From Macrostomum lignano (Eukaryota), in the NCBI GenBank assembly GCA_002269645.1, contig NIVC01001569.1, positions 203,392 to 267,391 of the forward strand: DNA of 64,000 nt, given 5' to 3'. Shown here piece by piece: positions 1-24,039 of the stretch (its first letter is position 1; every line of letters begins with the position of its first letter). Made by a program: the position numbers and the translations under genes. The notes below the pieces were generated by a model. That model was not told where the DNA came from, did not search any database, and was given only the letters and a program-made list of their open reading frames with translations.

Positions 1-192
1 TTCCAGAGTGACAGAGTGCCAGAGAGTGACAGAGTACCAAAGTGACAGAGAGTGACAGAGAGTGACAGAATGACAGAGTGACAGAGTGCCAGAGAGTGAC
101 AGAGTACCAAAGTGACAGAGAGTGACATAGTGACAGTGTGCCTGAGTGCCTGAGTGCCTCAGAAAGAGTGACACAGGGTGTGACTGACAGAG
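1..192. repeat. Degenerate (AGAGTGAC)-type short tandem repeat, truncated at window start
   Basis: Repeated agagtgac/agagtgcc units with an internal ~70 bp duplication. Confidence 0.8.
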
Positions 193-1564
193 TTAAGGCA
201 GCGAGAGAAGGCTGAGTGCCTGGAGTTAACTATTTTTTGTCTCTTTTAGGCAAATTTATTATCAAAAACTCGTTGAAGATGCTCGTAACTCTTAAAAAAA
301 TTTCATTGTGACGAATCACATATTCTTCTGATTTCATGCTCGCCGTTTTTCTCAATATTATTTATTCAACGATTATTTAAAAGAAATTTTAACCGTTACT
401 TGTTGAGTCATCTTTTTCTATTCAGATTCGTACACAATAATATTTATTATCAATTAAGATAAGCGAACCTCTGTTTTGCAGCCAGTGTCTATTTTTGTTT
501 CAATTCTCTACAAAAATCTACGCAATAACCAGTCCAGTTTAAAATCACTTCAATCGTCGCTGATGCAGCTGAGGTCGCTATATTTCCTAGAAAAATGCTG
601 TTTAAAGTAGAATTATAACAAACTGCCTTTTGTGATTAAATTCCGATTTCTACGAGCCTACACCTAATTCCTAAATAGTAATTGTTCAGACCATATATTC
701 CTCGTAGATTAACTAGATGGGCCTCTCAGCAAATTTGCGTGCAAGCTACTTTCAGTTCAGTAGTTGGTTAAACTGAGGCATTGTAATGTATTTTTTTAAA
801 GACAAGGCTCATTTATTGGCTTATTCCCCCAAGCTTAGCCCTCAAACTCCACACAGAACCTCCACCCGGCCCCGCTACCCAACTTTTATTACCTTCCTTA
901 GTTATTCCAGCCTAAAGCTGCCATGTACACTTCAGCGGCCAATGTACATTATGGCTGAACCAATTAGCAAGCTGGTTTACGCCTGCAAGCTTGGGCTTCT
1001 AAAATTATCAAGTCATACTATTTTATAAAATCTCCATATACTAAAAATGGTCTGTTGGTATGTGTGTGATCGATTTTAGCAAAAACGGCTCAACCGATTT
1101 TATTCGAACTTGCACCATTCGATCAGAAAATTTTCCGTGACGGTACATGCATCGTGGCTAAGAAATTGCTCGATGCTAAAGGGATTAAATATTCGAAAAA
1201 CATGCTTTTTTGCAAAGGTCAAGCAGCTATTTCGACTTGAAACGCACTGTAAAAATGCTAGAGAAAAAACTGACTGGTTGAATTCTGATTCTGAAATAGA
1301 TTGCATCACAATACACTTTATTTATCGTCTGTGTACTGGCTGAATTTGACACTCAATTGAATTGCGTCACAGCTTTGAGTGTGAAAGTATAGTGCAGTAC
1401 TGAATTTATATTACGTAACCATATTGTTAGCTTTCATAGACACTGGTACTGACTTGCCTAAGAAATTGATTATGTCATAACTGCTTCGCGTGACTTTTTA
1501 CTCTACCTGACTTGGTGTGAGTGTTGAATTATATAAGTGGTACAAATTCACTGATAACTTCAAT

Positions 1565-1622
1565 GAGAGCTAGCCTAGAGCTGAGCAGACCAGACTGCTA
1601 ATGCAGCGACCTGGGTTCGAAT
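1565..1622 (+). other. tRNA-like module (Pol III A/B boxes) in Helitron
   Basis: TAGCCTAGAG...CTGCTAA...GGTTCGAAT; related copies at 3972-4034 and 28118-28179. Confidence 0.55.
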
Positions 1623-1696
1623 GTAAGTAGTTTAAAAGTATTAGTGTAAAATTTTTTATTAAAAGCTTTTATTAAAGGACTAAATAAAAACACTTA

Positions 1697-3722
1697 GATT
1701 ACTGCACTCGATAAGCTAAGGATTATTGCTCTTGGCAAACCAAGGAATACTGCACTCGATAAGCCAAGGATTATTGCTCTTGGCAAACCAAGGATTACTG
1801 CACTCGATAAGCCAAGGATTATTGCTCTTAATAAACCAAGGATTACTGCACTTGGAAAACTAAGGATTACTGCACTCGATAAACTTAGGATTATTGCTCT
1901 TGGCAAACCAAGGATTACTGCACTCGATAAACCAAGGATTATTGCACTTGATAAACCAAGGATTATTGCACTTGATAAACCAAGGATTATTGCTCTTGGC
2001 AAACCAAGGAATACTGCACTCGATAAGCCAAGGATTATTGCTATTAATAAACCAAGGATTACTGCACTCAATAAACCAAGGACTATTGCTATTAATAAAC
2101 CAAGGATTACTGCACTCAATAAACCAAGGACTATTGCTCTTGGCAAACCAAGGATTACTGCACTCGATAAGCCAAGGACTATTGCTCTTGGCAAACCAAG
2201 GATTACTGCACTCGATAAGCCATGGATTATTGCTATTAATAAACCAAGGATTACTGCACTCGATAAGCCAAGGATTATTGCTATTAATAAACCAAGGATT
2301 ACTGCACTCGATAAGCCAAGGATTATTGCTATTAATAAACCAAGGATTACTGCACTCGATAAGCCAAGGATTATTGCTATTAATAAACCAAGGATTACTG
2401 CACTCGATAAGCCAAGGATTATTGCTCTTGGCAAACCAAGGATTACTGCACTCGATAAACCAAGGACTATTGCTATTAATAAACCAAGGATTACTGCACT
2501 CGATAAGCCAAGGATTATTGCTATTAATAAACCAAGGATTACTGCACTCGATAAGCCAAGGATTATTGCTATTAATAAACCAAGGATTACTGCACTCAAT
2601 AAACCAAGGACTATTGCTCTTGGCAAACCAAGGATTACTGCACTCGATAAGCCAAGGATTATTGCTATTAATAAACCAAGGATTACTGCACTCGATAAGC
2701 CAAGGATTATTGCTATTAATAAACCAAGGATTACTGCACTCGATAAGCCAAGGATTATTGCTATTAATAAACCAAGGATTGCTGCACTCGATAAGCCAAG
2801 GATTATTGCTATTAATAAACCAAGGATTACTGCACTCGATAAGCCAAGGATTATTGCTATTAATAAACCAAGGATTGCTGCACTCGATAAGCCAAGGATT
2901 ATTGCTATTAATAAACCAAGGATTACTGCACTCGATAAGCCAAGGATTATTGCTATTAATAAACCAAGGATTGCTGCACTCGATAAGCCAAGGATTATTG
3001 CTATTAATAAACCAAGGATTGCTGCACTCGATAAGCCAAGGATTATTGCTATTAATAAACCAAGGATTACTGCACTCGATAAGCCATGGATTATTGCTAT
3101 TAATAAACCAAGGATTACTGCACTCGATAAGCCAAGGATTATTGCTATTAATAAACCAAGGATTACTGCACTCGATAAGCCAAGGATTATTGCTATTAAT
3201 AAACCAAGGATTGCTGCACTCGATAAGCCAAGGATTATTGCTATTAATAAACCAAGGATTGCTGCACTCGATAAGCCAAGGATTATTGCTATTAATAAAC
3301 CAAGGATTACTGCACTCGATAAGCCATGGATTATTGCTATTAATAAACCAAGGATTGCTGCACTCGATAAGCCAAGGATTATTGCTATTAATAAACCAAG
3401 GATTGCTGCACTCGATAAGCCAAGGATTATTGCTATTAATAAACCAAGGATTACTGCACTCGATAAGCCAAGGATTATTGCTATTAATAAACCAAGGATT
3501 ACTGCACTCGATAAGCCAAGGATTATTGCTATTAATAAACCAAGGATTACTGCACTCGATAAGCCAAGGATTATTGCTATTAATAAACCAAGGATTACTG
3601 CACTCGATAAGCCAAGGATTATTGCTATTAATAAACCAAGGATTACTGCACTCGATAAGCCATGGATTATTGCTATTAATAAACCAAGGATTACTGCACT
3701 CGATAGCCAAGGATTACTGCGC
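1697..3722. repeat. 48-bp (24+24) minisatellite inside Helitron
   Basis: Unit ccaaggattactgcactcgataag+ccaaggattattgctattaataaa; homogeneous core, degenerate left edge. Confidence 0.97.
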
Positions 3723-3971
3723 TTGATAAGCTTGGCTACATGTATAGGATTATTTCTATCCAGGGATGCTTGCTATTTAGGGATTCTTGCTATGTGCAGG
3801 ATGCTTGCTATCTGGAAGGATGCTTCTACATTATTTGGGGTATGCTTGCTATCTGCAAGATGCTTGCTATCTGGGTGGATGCTTGCTAGGAGTATTAGGG
3901 GATGCTTGCTACTGGGGGATGCTTGCTGTCTTGGGAATATTTTCTATTTAGGGGTAATGACTAAAATTCAT

Positions 3972-4034
3972 GAGAGCTAGCCTAGAGGTAAACAGACTAA
4001 ACTGCTAAATGCAGGGACGATGGTTCGAATTTTT
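3972..4034 (+). other. tRNA-like module in Helitron (second copy)
   Basis: gagagcTAGCCTAGAGGtaaacagactaaactgctaaatgcagggacgatGGTTCGAATTTTT. Confidence 0.55.
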
Positions 4035-4085
4035 AGAGAGTAGAGTTTTTTTAATTAAAGCTTTTTAACGCCAAGACAAAAAAAA

Positions 4086-4107
4086 TTAGGGTTAGGGTTA
4101 GGGTTAG
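4086..4107 (+). repeat. Short interstitial (TTAGGG)3 telomeric-type repeat
   Basis: ttagggttagggttagggttag. Confidence 0.6.
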
Positions 4108-5261
4108 AAAGTAGACAGATTTTTTAAGATTTCAAGGCTTATGGGAGCATCGCTGAGATGTCAAGGGGGAGTTGATATGTTAAGGCTTGTGGGGGGGATT
4201 GCTGACATGTCAAGGCTTACACGGGTACTGGTAGCGTACTGAAGCATACTGGTAGAAGTAGCTCTGAAAGAAGGCAAGTATGGTTGAATTTCAATGTCTG
4301 TTATAAAATTCTGCACAAACATGTTTTATTGGTACATAAGCCTGGAATTAAAATGAGAAATCGATTCCTAGCCCCCCTCCCTAAGAATTTTTTTTCATTT
4401 TAAAGGATTCGTCCCTTGCTTATTGGCCACCCCGAAGGGGGGCGCTAGATTGCTAGTAGCTTCTGTATTCTTCTTTGCAATATACTCCTGAGTGGGTCAT
4501 CTTGTTTTTTAGAATCTGTGGTTCAGACCCACCTTCTACTGTTCAACTGCACCTATTTAAAATAGCTATTTTTGTAGAAGATTTTTGCTTTGATTTTTTT
4601 CAAAAATATACAAATCGATTCATAATACTTACAGTAGCTGAACTCTGGAAAAATTTAATATGAATTGTTTATTTTAAAAGTACAGTGGCGATTAAGCAGA
4701 ATTCGGTGGCGCGGTTGGCTCATGCAGTCTAATTATAGAAACTGAGCGTCGGTCGAGCGCACTTGCTGCAGCTTCAATCGAACCTGCGCTGATTTAATAA
4801 ATAAACTCGACTCTTTTTAACGGTGTGGCATCAAAGACGATTTGAGAAAGAAAATTGACAAAAAATCTGGCCGAGGCTTGACAGCTGACAGCTAGACTGA
4901 CCAAACAGTTGTATGCTTAGTTAACTTGTTATGCATTGCCGCCCACTTTCTGTCTCTGCCACCAAATTTCATGCTTTCCATTGAGACTGCTGGTTGCAGC
5001 GGCGCTGCAAGATGTGCTGCCTCAATACTTGCTCGTGCTCTGCTATCAATACTTTGCCAGGGTAAGAAGTGACTGCTGAATGCAGCTGCGAATTTCTTGA
5101 GGCCGAACTGACCAATGACAGTTTGAAGTGGCCATGCATTGTTCCTGCCGCCTGCTGCTGTCTGCCGCTGCACACTCTCTGCGTTTCCGACACTGCAGTC
5201 GCCTCAGGAAGGCTTTTTTGAGACCGTTCTCTAGAAACCTAACATATGCATATCTGTTTGT

Positions 5262-5810
<549 letters not shown>

Positions 5811-6819
5811 ACACTAAGATGGAGTGTCTATTTGTGTCGAACATGATAAGTATCTCTTAAGAAAGCGACAGTAGCAGTCAGGAAATCCCCTGGGGGAGGC
5901 AGTGAGCTAGCAAGGCAAACTCTAGGTGGAAAATGAGACTTTGATGACGGAAGCTGGATGAGAAGTTGATCGAGACCTACAAAAAATCGAAATTGAAAAG
6001 CCTGGCGAAGGCGGCGCATTCGTGTGATTGCATTTCTTCGGAGAGTGCGCTCAGCAGTGAGGCAGTATGCTAACCGCATTTAGCCACACTGAAGGCGCTC
6101 TCTTGCCACCCCGACCTCGCAGTTGTTGAAATATTTGAAACCTGCATGGAAGCTGATTTTCTTATGCTGCATAATTAAAACCTTATCTCATCCATTAGCT
6201 GCCACTGGAATGCAAGAAAGACGTCCCACTACTAGCAAAATTCTTTAAGCTTTACTTGGGCAGAGCTGCAGACCAAGTGGACACGCTGCTATTATTCTAC
6301 AGAACTTGTTGCTTATCTCTGTGCACAATGAACCAATTTTGTGTTTTTGAGTAGCTGGAATTGTATAATTTATTCTGTCCCAATTGTAGTTTCGATGCTG
6401 CACGAGTCTGCAGCAGCATTGGCTCAGTTTTACAAGCCTTGCAACAATAACCTCTAGCTGTTCCTGTGAGTCCAACTCGCGTTAGTTATAAACTGGAAAT
6501 GCATCATTTGTGCCAGCCAATCCTACTGGCGCCTCATCTTTTTTTTATTTCTCTAGATGAGAGGCCAACCAAAGCCAGACTTGAGAGAACTTAAAAAGCA
6601 CTGAAGCAAGTGCAACGCAAGTGACCTAGAAAGTAGGTTGTTCCACAATAACAACAGCATACTCTAATTTGCTTTAAAGTGAAAAAAATTTAAAGCTTTA
6701 ATCTGGATAAAATGTTTAACGGACCGCAGGTAAGCCAGCTGTACTGAATACGAGTTCAATAATCCTAAGTTGCAAAAAATTACAGTTTAAAGTGCTTGAT
6801 CGTTCTTGCTGTCTCATTA

Positions 6820-17933
<11,114 letters not shown>

Positions 17934-18536
17934 TCGCTATTAGACAGTAGCGAGTTGATTGGTTCGAACTCAGGAGAATTAATTCGATACTAAAAATAAT
18001 CATTCATTATTTGCTTATTGCTTATTTTGTACGATTACTGACACATCTTAGCGCTTTTATAGCATAATCGACTCCTAGCAATTCGATTAGATAAAAAAAA
18101 TTTTTATATTAGGAAAAGATATCATAATCTTTGAATTATAGGATTAACAGTTACCTATGAAAAAGTCTCCTTAGCTCGCTGATTTAGGAGGCCGGAGTCG
18201 TTGGTTCGATTGAGCGTGCGGTGTATGTGATAACTCCTGTGTGTCTGCAGTGTGCATGTCAACCTTGATCTGCAAACTTAGTAAATTATCTTGCCAATAT
18301 GCTATTTCAAAGCCTTCAATTATTTTGAGCACTAACTTTATCATGCCTATTGACTGCACTGTAAAGAACCTATACCCAGACACAATGACAAGTCAAAGGG
18401 GCCGGGGCCATTATTACACCATTCAGAGATTCAATACCGGCAGATTTTTTAAACTGATAAGAGCAGTGCACTGCTATCATTTTATAAAACTAAACTAATT
18501 AGATATTTATGACTAAGTTATATTATACTCGCCTAA

Positions 18537-18898
18537 GGGGGCCGTAACCCAGCGGTAGCGCAGCTGCTCTGGTGTGCCAGCGACCCAGGCTCGATTCCAA
18601 GTGCAGTCACATTAATTTGGGGCTGAATTGGAATCTCGGCTTGGCTCTGCTCGTGCAATTAACGGCCTTGAGAGCCAACCCCCCAAGGCTCAGTGAAGTG
18701 TACATGCCTAACAATAATATAAAGTTAGGGCCGCTGTACACTCCTGTGTGAGTGTGTGCCTGCGTACGTATCCGCGCGCTTGTATGCCTGCTCAGGGGAG
18801 TCGGCGGAATGGGCAGTAATGCCTCTCGCCGGTTGTGTGACAATGTCGCTTAAAGTGCGCCAGGGTGCGCACAACCCCCCTGCCTCTAATAAAAAAAA
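18537..18898 (+). mobile_element. tRNA-derived SINE (copy 1)
   Basis: A box TAACCCAGCGG, B box GGCTCGATTCC, body near-identical to 48694-48981, A-rich tail. Confidence 0.75.
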
Positions 18899-19879
18899 TA
18901 TATGCCTAAATTATCGCGAGTAACATCAATGTAACATCATACTCCCTGCCGCCCAAATGTAACCAATCAGTTCACCCACCTCATCTCTCATCCAATCAAA
19001 TCAAATTTTTTAAAATTTTAAAATAATGGCCTCTCAGAAGTGTGTTAAATTGACCGGAGTGCTGGGTTAAAATTCTATACAATCTACCATCGTTGATAGT
19101 GACGTAATCCATTATTCTCCTAACTGTACACACTCTGTAGAAGTTGATACATATATCCAAACCACACCCTGAGGCTCTCGCACGACATGCACTGCAACTT
19201 TTCTGTATACGCTAACACGTATCTTTAGTCATGGACAACTAAAAGTTACAAGGAATGTACGTCCTTCATGCTACAGTTGTGCACGACTTTGACTTTAATT
19301 GCGTCGTCATAACGACACATTAACGGTAGAAAATATCGATTTGTTTGCCATATAGTTGAATATTGATATTGTTTATATATAAATGCGTGACGAGCGTATA
19401 AATTGCAAAGCAAAATGAACAAAATTACATCTCATTCATTCCATTTTCTTTGAAATAAACAGTTTATTTTAACAAATTTTGATTCCGTTATTGTTAATAG
19501 TTGCTGAAAAGTTTTTTTCCGTTCTAAAAGGACCGAATGATTTTAGAACGGATTCGACAAATGTTTTTGATTTATAGTTAGTTTTTTGTCTATGATATTC
19601 AAGCGCGTTAATTTACATGTAGTTTATTGAAGAGAGGATGCTTAACTTATAACGATGCCGCCCTTTGATTTTTCATAACGCGCACGCAATGGTATATTCT
19701 TCTGCCGTCGGGATGAATGATCGATTTTGACAACTAGCTACGAGTACAGTAAGTATTCTTGCAGCTTAGCTACTCTTGAGATTGAGAACCAGCTAATGGA
19801 GGGCACTGGTTATTGTGGCACCCACTTACTACCATAAACTATTTTTTCTTTCTATATAAAATACGATTGCTTACTTAAT

Positions 19880-20890
19880 CGTTAAAAATTTGTACTATTC
19901 TGAGCCGAGAATGTGTTGTCTATGGTAATTTTTGGAGAGATTATTTGACATAAACTAGGAGATTATATGATATAATCTCCTCGAAATCAGGAGCATTATA
20001 TAAAAATTGAAGTGAACAAGCCAGCATATTTAGCAACCAACAACTAACACGACAACAAAACTTTGCATACTCAACTAATTGTATGATCTAGTTCAAACAG
20101 TTTACGGACGATAGTTCTTACATGTACATCCTCTTAGTCACGGAACGTTATTTCCAGCCGCCCATCTTCAACGACAATAGACTTGACACCTAGACGACGC
20201 CTGTCTGTGACTCGATCGGCGCCGACTTGCTCAGACGATTCACCAGACGAGGCTGATGATCCAGACGAGACAGAAACGTTCTGCAGAACATCAGATCCTC
20301 GGTTGGCTTGAGAACCATAAGTCCCGAATCTCCGCCTGCCAATTGACGGTTGACGCGCGTCTCTTTCCATAGATTGAATAACTTCATTGCCCATTTTTCC
20401 TTCGCTCTGGTAGAGACAGGCAAACTTTCTTTGATTCTTTTTTCTAGAGCAGCTTCGTCCAGGGACTCAGCAGAAACTCGAGTTGTCGACTCAATTCCGA
20501 CAGCAGCGTCAAAATTGACGTCTTCTAAGCCTTCCATATTGTATTTTTTATTCTATTTCGAAGAAGAAGCGACTCTAAATTCGGCTTTTACATTTTGCCA
20601 CCACTGTTGACTGGCTGCTTCGTGACTGTATCTTCGTGAGAAACGTATTTTATTTGTCTATGGTCGGAATAAAATGGCCTAAGCCTATGTCTATCAATCA
20701 GATGGGATGCCCTCGAAAAATAAGCAATCGAATTTCATATATGATAAACGCCGTTTAATTCATCATAGTCTATGGTTAGAATATCCTCGGCTGCAACCAA
20801 TGGTCCTCGGCTCGCTTTGCTCGCCTCGGAACCATTAAATGCAGCCTCGGAAATTCTAACCACAGAATGTGAATTAAACGGCGTTTATTA
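19880..20890 (-). mobile_element. Internally deleted Crypton-like (tyrosine recombinase/DUF3504-type) element remnant
   Basis: Minus ORF 20190-20537 has LPVSTRAKEKWAMKLFNLWKETRVN, resembling the P-x-[NS]T-x4-WA-x3-F-x2-W-x3-R N-terminus of Crypton/ZMYM-type proteins; flanking palindrome cctcggctcgctttgctcgcctcgg at ~20803-20827; boundaries approximate. Confidence 0.45.
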
Positions 20891-20990
20891 TTTACATATA
20901 AGCTTAAGAAGTTCCGGTCACTTAGTAGTCATAGCTAGAGTTTTGGCCATAGACAGCTCGTAGTACCGTATCAACTATATTATTGTTATA

Positions 20991-22167
20991 GCTTTTTGCG
21001 ATTGAATTCAGCCAAACTGCAAAACCTTTCAGCCAATGGAGATTTTGCCTTCACTTCAGCTGTTTCTACCATAGACTATTTAGGACACACCGGCCAGCTG
21101 TCCCGCTCCTGTAAATGAATTCAGCCAAAGTGAAAAACCTTTCAGCCAAGACTTTCAGTCAGTGATTTTCTCTGTTGTGATTTAGTGATTCAATGTACTT
21201 GTCCATACTGTAGCTCTCTCTCTCTCTCCCTCTAACAACCCTCCCCACCCCTTCCATGCTCGCAACTTATTGTTGACTATGTTTAATATACTTTACTGTT
21301 TTGTGGTGCCATTGCAGTAGACCTATCGTATCGATTAATGTATTATTGAAGTTATTTATTTACTTAATCATTGTTTGTGATTTCAGATCCCTGATTATGG
21401 TTTGCCCTCTCTTCCCGTGCCCTCTCATTGGCTGTCTCTGTTATATGTAATTCTTGTTTCCTAACCCCCAGTTGCGTTCTGCGTGGCTGCAGCCAATCCC
21501 CTCTCGCTCTCTCTGCCCCACCCCGCCATTTCTCTTACCCTGCAGCTTTTGCCCCACTCCATTTTGCACTGACTGATATTTATTGGCGTGCGCTCCTGTC
21601 CCCTCCCGCTGACCCTTCGAGCGCTTCTCGCCGCTCCGGCTACAACAAATATACAATCGTAGTTTAACAGAGACGCCTAGAGCGCCAAGTTGAGCAACCT
21701 GTGCCACCGTAAGTATCGTCCTGCTTCTGTTATTTGGGGGGCTAGGCCATTAGGACATCGTCACCAGGGCCTGTGCGTTCGCTGCGACCCTGGTTGCGGG
21801 CCTACTGCCTGCGCGTTTGTGCGACAGCGGGTTGGCAAGCAGCAGGACTGCGGCCGAGTCTCCCTGCTCGTACGGAGCGCGAGACGAAGCCGGCTGCATG
21901 GTCCGTCTCGGGACACAACATCTCACATAGAGTGAAAGAATATCGCCATGATTCTTAGCTGATCATTAAATGATCAGAAATTGTCAACCCATACGCGCAC
22001 ATGTAGGACTGGCTGAAAGGTTTTTCTGTTTGGCTAAATTCATTTACAGGAGCGGGACAGCTAGCCGGTGTGTCCTAAATAGTCTATGGTAGAAACAGCT
22101 GAAGTGAAGGCAAAATCTCCATTGGCTGAAAGGTTTTGCAGTTTGGCTGAATTCAATAGCAAAAAGC
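20991..22167. mobile_element. Non-autonomous DNA transposon with ~160-bp TIRs, TA-flanked
   Basis: GCTTTTTGCGATTGAATTCAGCCAAACTGCAAAACC... at 20991 is the reverse complement of ...GGTTTTGCAGTTTGGCTGAATTCAATAGCAAAAAGC at 22167; two internal direct repeats per TIR. Confidence 0.85.
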
Positions 22168-22360
22168 TATATATCATTAAATATGTATGTCACCATGAGA
22201 ATGGTCAAAGGACATATAGCACCAATATCGTGCCCTATGCTACATACTTAGCGGGCGTTAACGCGTCTGTACGTGGCTGTTAACAGGCAGATATTGGCCC
22301 GACAGTCAATAAATGCCATATTATATTTTATATTACAATGCAGTATGTAACTATAAATTA

Positions 22361-24039
22361 CGAGGGGTGTCCCAAAAGTCGGTGCACTTTATTCGCTACA
22401 GCCTTTTCTGACCGATCAGAAATATTTATTTTGTAGCAGTTAACAAGAGAATTATCTGCCTGTTAAAATGACTTTCTGTTTATTTCTGTACCTGCTGGCA
22501 TTCTTGAGATATGAGCACTTTTCTGCCCCAACCCCTGTGCTACTTCTACAAATTTCCATAGACCAAAGCTTTGTACGAAACAACGAAACAACGAAACATT
22601 CAACAAATCAATAAAACATCCGCAACATGAAAGCTGAGGAAAGAACAGTCAAACGTTAATCATCAACATTGTCCTGAGGCTTCTCCACATAGTGACCACT
22701 GCGCTGCACACTTCTGCCATCGGCAATGGCATCAGCAATGGCATCGACAAATTTAGGAATTGCTTGACACCGATGCCAGACTGACAGTTCGTGAGATTGC
22801 GGACATGCTCGGCAGTCCAAAGTTCACTGTTCCACACCGCACGATATGACTGCGGAGTTGGAACTGTCAAAGATATCGGCCTGCTGGGTACCACGGCTCC
22901 GTACCTTCTGCACCATGACACTGCAAGTCCCCACACGGCCAAGAATACGGAGGAGACGATCGAGCAGGCAAATTTTGAGCTGCTCTTACACCCACGCCTT
23001 CTCTCTGGATTTGTCACCAGCTGACTTTTCCATCTTTCCAAAGATGAAGAAACTGCTGCATGGACGAATCTTATCTTGCTGTGCGAGCCTGGAAGCATTG
23101 ACTCGCCAAGTTCTCCTTCATGATATGCCGCGCTCAGATTTTGCTGATGCCCTTGACGAAATGCACAGCGGATGGCAGAAGTGTGTGCAGCGCAGTGGTG
23201 ACTATGTGGAGAAGCCTCAGGACAATGTTGATGATTAACGTTTGACTGTTCTTTCCTCAGCTTTTATGTTGCGGATGTTTTATTGATTCGTTGAATGTTT
23301 CGTTGTTTCGTGCATCAGGTACAAAGCTTTGGTCTATGGCAATTTGTAGAAGTAGCACAGGGGTTGGGGCAGAAAAGTGCTCATATCTCAAGAATGCCAG
23401 CAGGTACAGAAATAAACAGAAAGTCATTTTAACAGGCAGATAATTCTCTTGTTAACTGCTACAAAATGAATGATTCCTGCACGGTCACGAGTGCGGGAAT
23501 GACATCTGCACGAGTGCGCGCTAGCGCACGAGTTCACGATGTCCTGCACGCACGAGTTCACGATGTCCTTCACGCACGAGTTCACGATGTCCTTCACGCA
23601 CGAGTTCACGATGTCCTTCACGCACGAGTTCACGATGTCCTTCACGCACGAGTTCACGATGTCCTTCACGCACGAGTTCACGATGTCCTTCACGCACGAG
23701 TTCACGATGTCCTTCACGCACGAGTTCACGATGTCCTTCACGCACGAGTTCACGATGTCCTTCACGCACGAGTTCACGATGTCCTTCACGCACGAGTGAA
23801 CGTGAAGGAATCCCATTGTCGGATTATTCGAATCGTGCAGGAATGCACAAAACCGTGCAGGAATTCATTTCTGCGCCTAATGCTTTTTCAGTGAGATTTT
23901 ACCATAGACATCCATTCCTGCACGCAAAAGAGTGCAATAATGCTATTCCTGCATGGAAAATCAGCCGACAATAAATATTTCTGATTGGTCAGAAAAGGCT
24001 GTAGCGAAGAAAGTGCACCGACTTTTGGGACACCCCTCG
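22361..24039 (+). mobile_element. Rearranged, internally deleted mariner (DD34D) element
   Basis: TA|CGAGGGGTGTCCCAAAAGT...ACTTTTGGGACACCCCTCG|TA. Transposase remnants: LLDTDARLTVREIADMLG (HTH), SKISACWVPRL, LLHHDTASPH, FSLDLSPADFSIFPKMK, WQKCVQRSGDYVE; frameshifted. Confidence 0.92.
23525..23795. repeat. 24-bp minisatellite inside insertion in mariner right arm
   Basis: Unit gcacgagttcacgatgtccttcac, ~11 copies. Confidence 0.95.

Larger units (their letters stand above)
1031..4456 (+). mobile_element. Non-autonomous Helitron (copy 1) carrying a 48-bp array and tRNA-like modules
   Basis: A|TC 5' end (TCTCCATATACTAAAAATGGTCTG). 3' hairpin CCCC-GAA-GGGG at 4430-4440 followed by CTAG|T at 4453-4457. 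Shares internal segments with 27201-31409 (e.g. 1410-1625 vs 27950-28175). Confidence 0.8.

Noticed and set aside
786-1343. Short ORFs near the window start
   Set aside because: No homology cues; two lie in the Helitron 5' region
1565-1622. Functional tRNA-Ser(GCT) gene
   Set aside because: Has A/B boxes and a CTGCTAA loop but no acceptor stem or complete cloverleaf; treated as a TE-borne tRNA-like module
1694-3726. Long ORFs of 310-616 aa
   Set aside because: Translations of the 48-bp array; stop-free only because of the unit sequence
21690-21958. GC-rich ORFs inside the 160-bp-TIR element as a captured gene
   Set aside because: No recognisable motif in any frame
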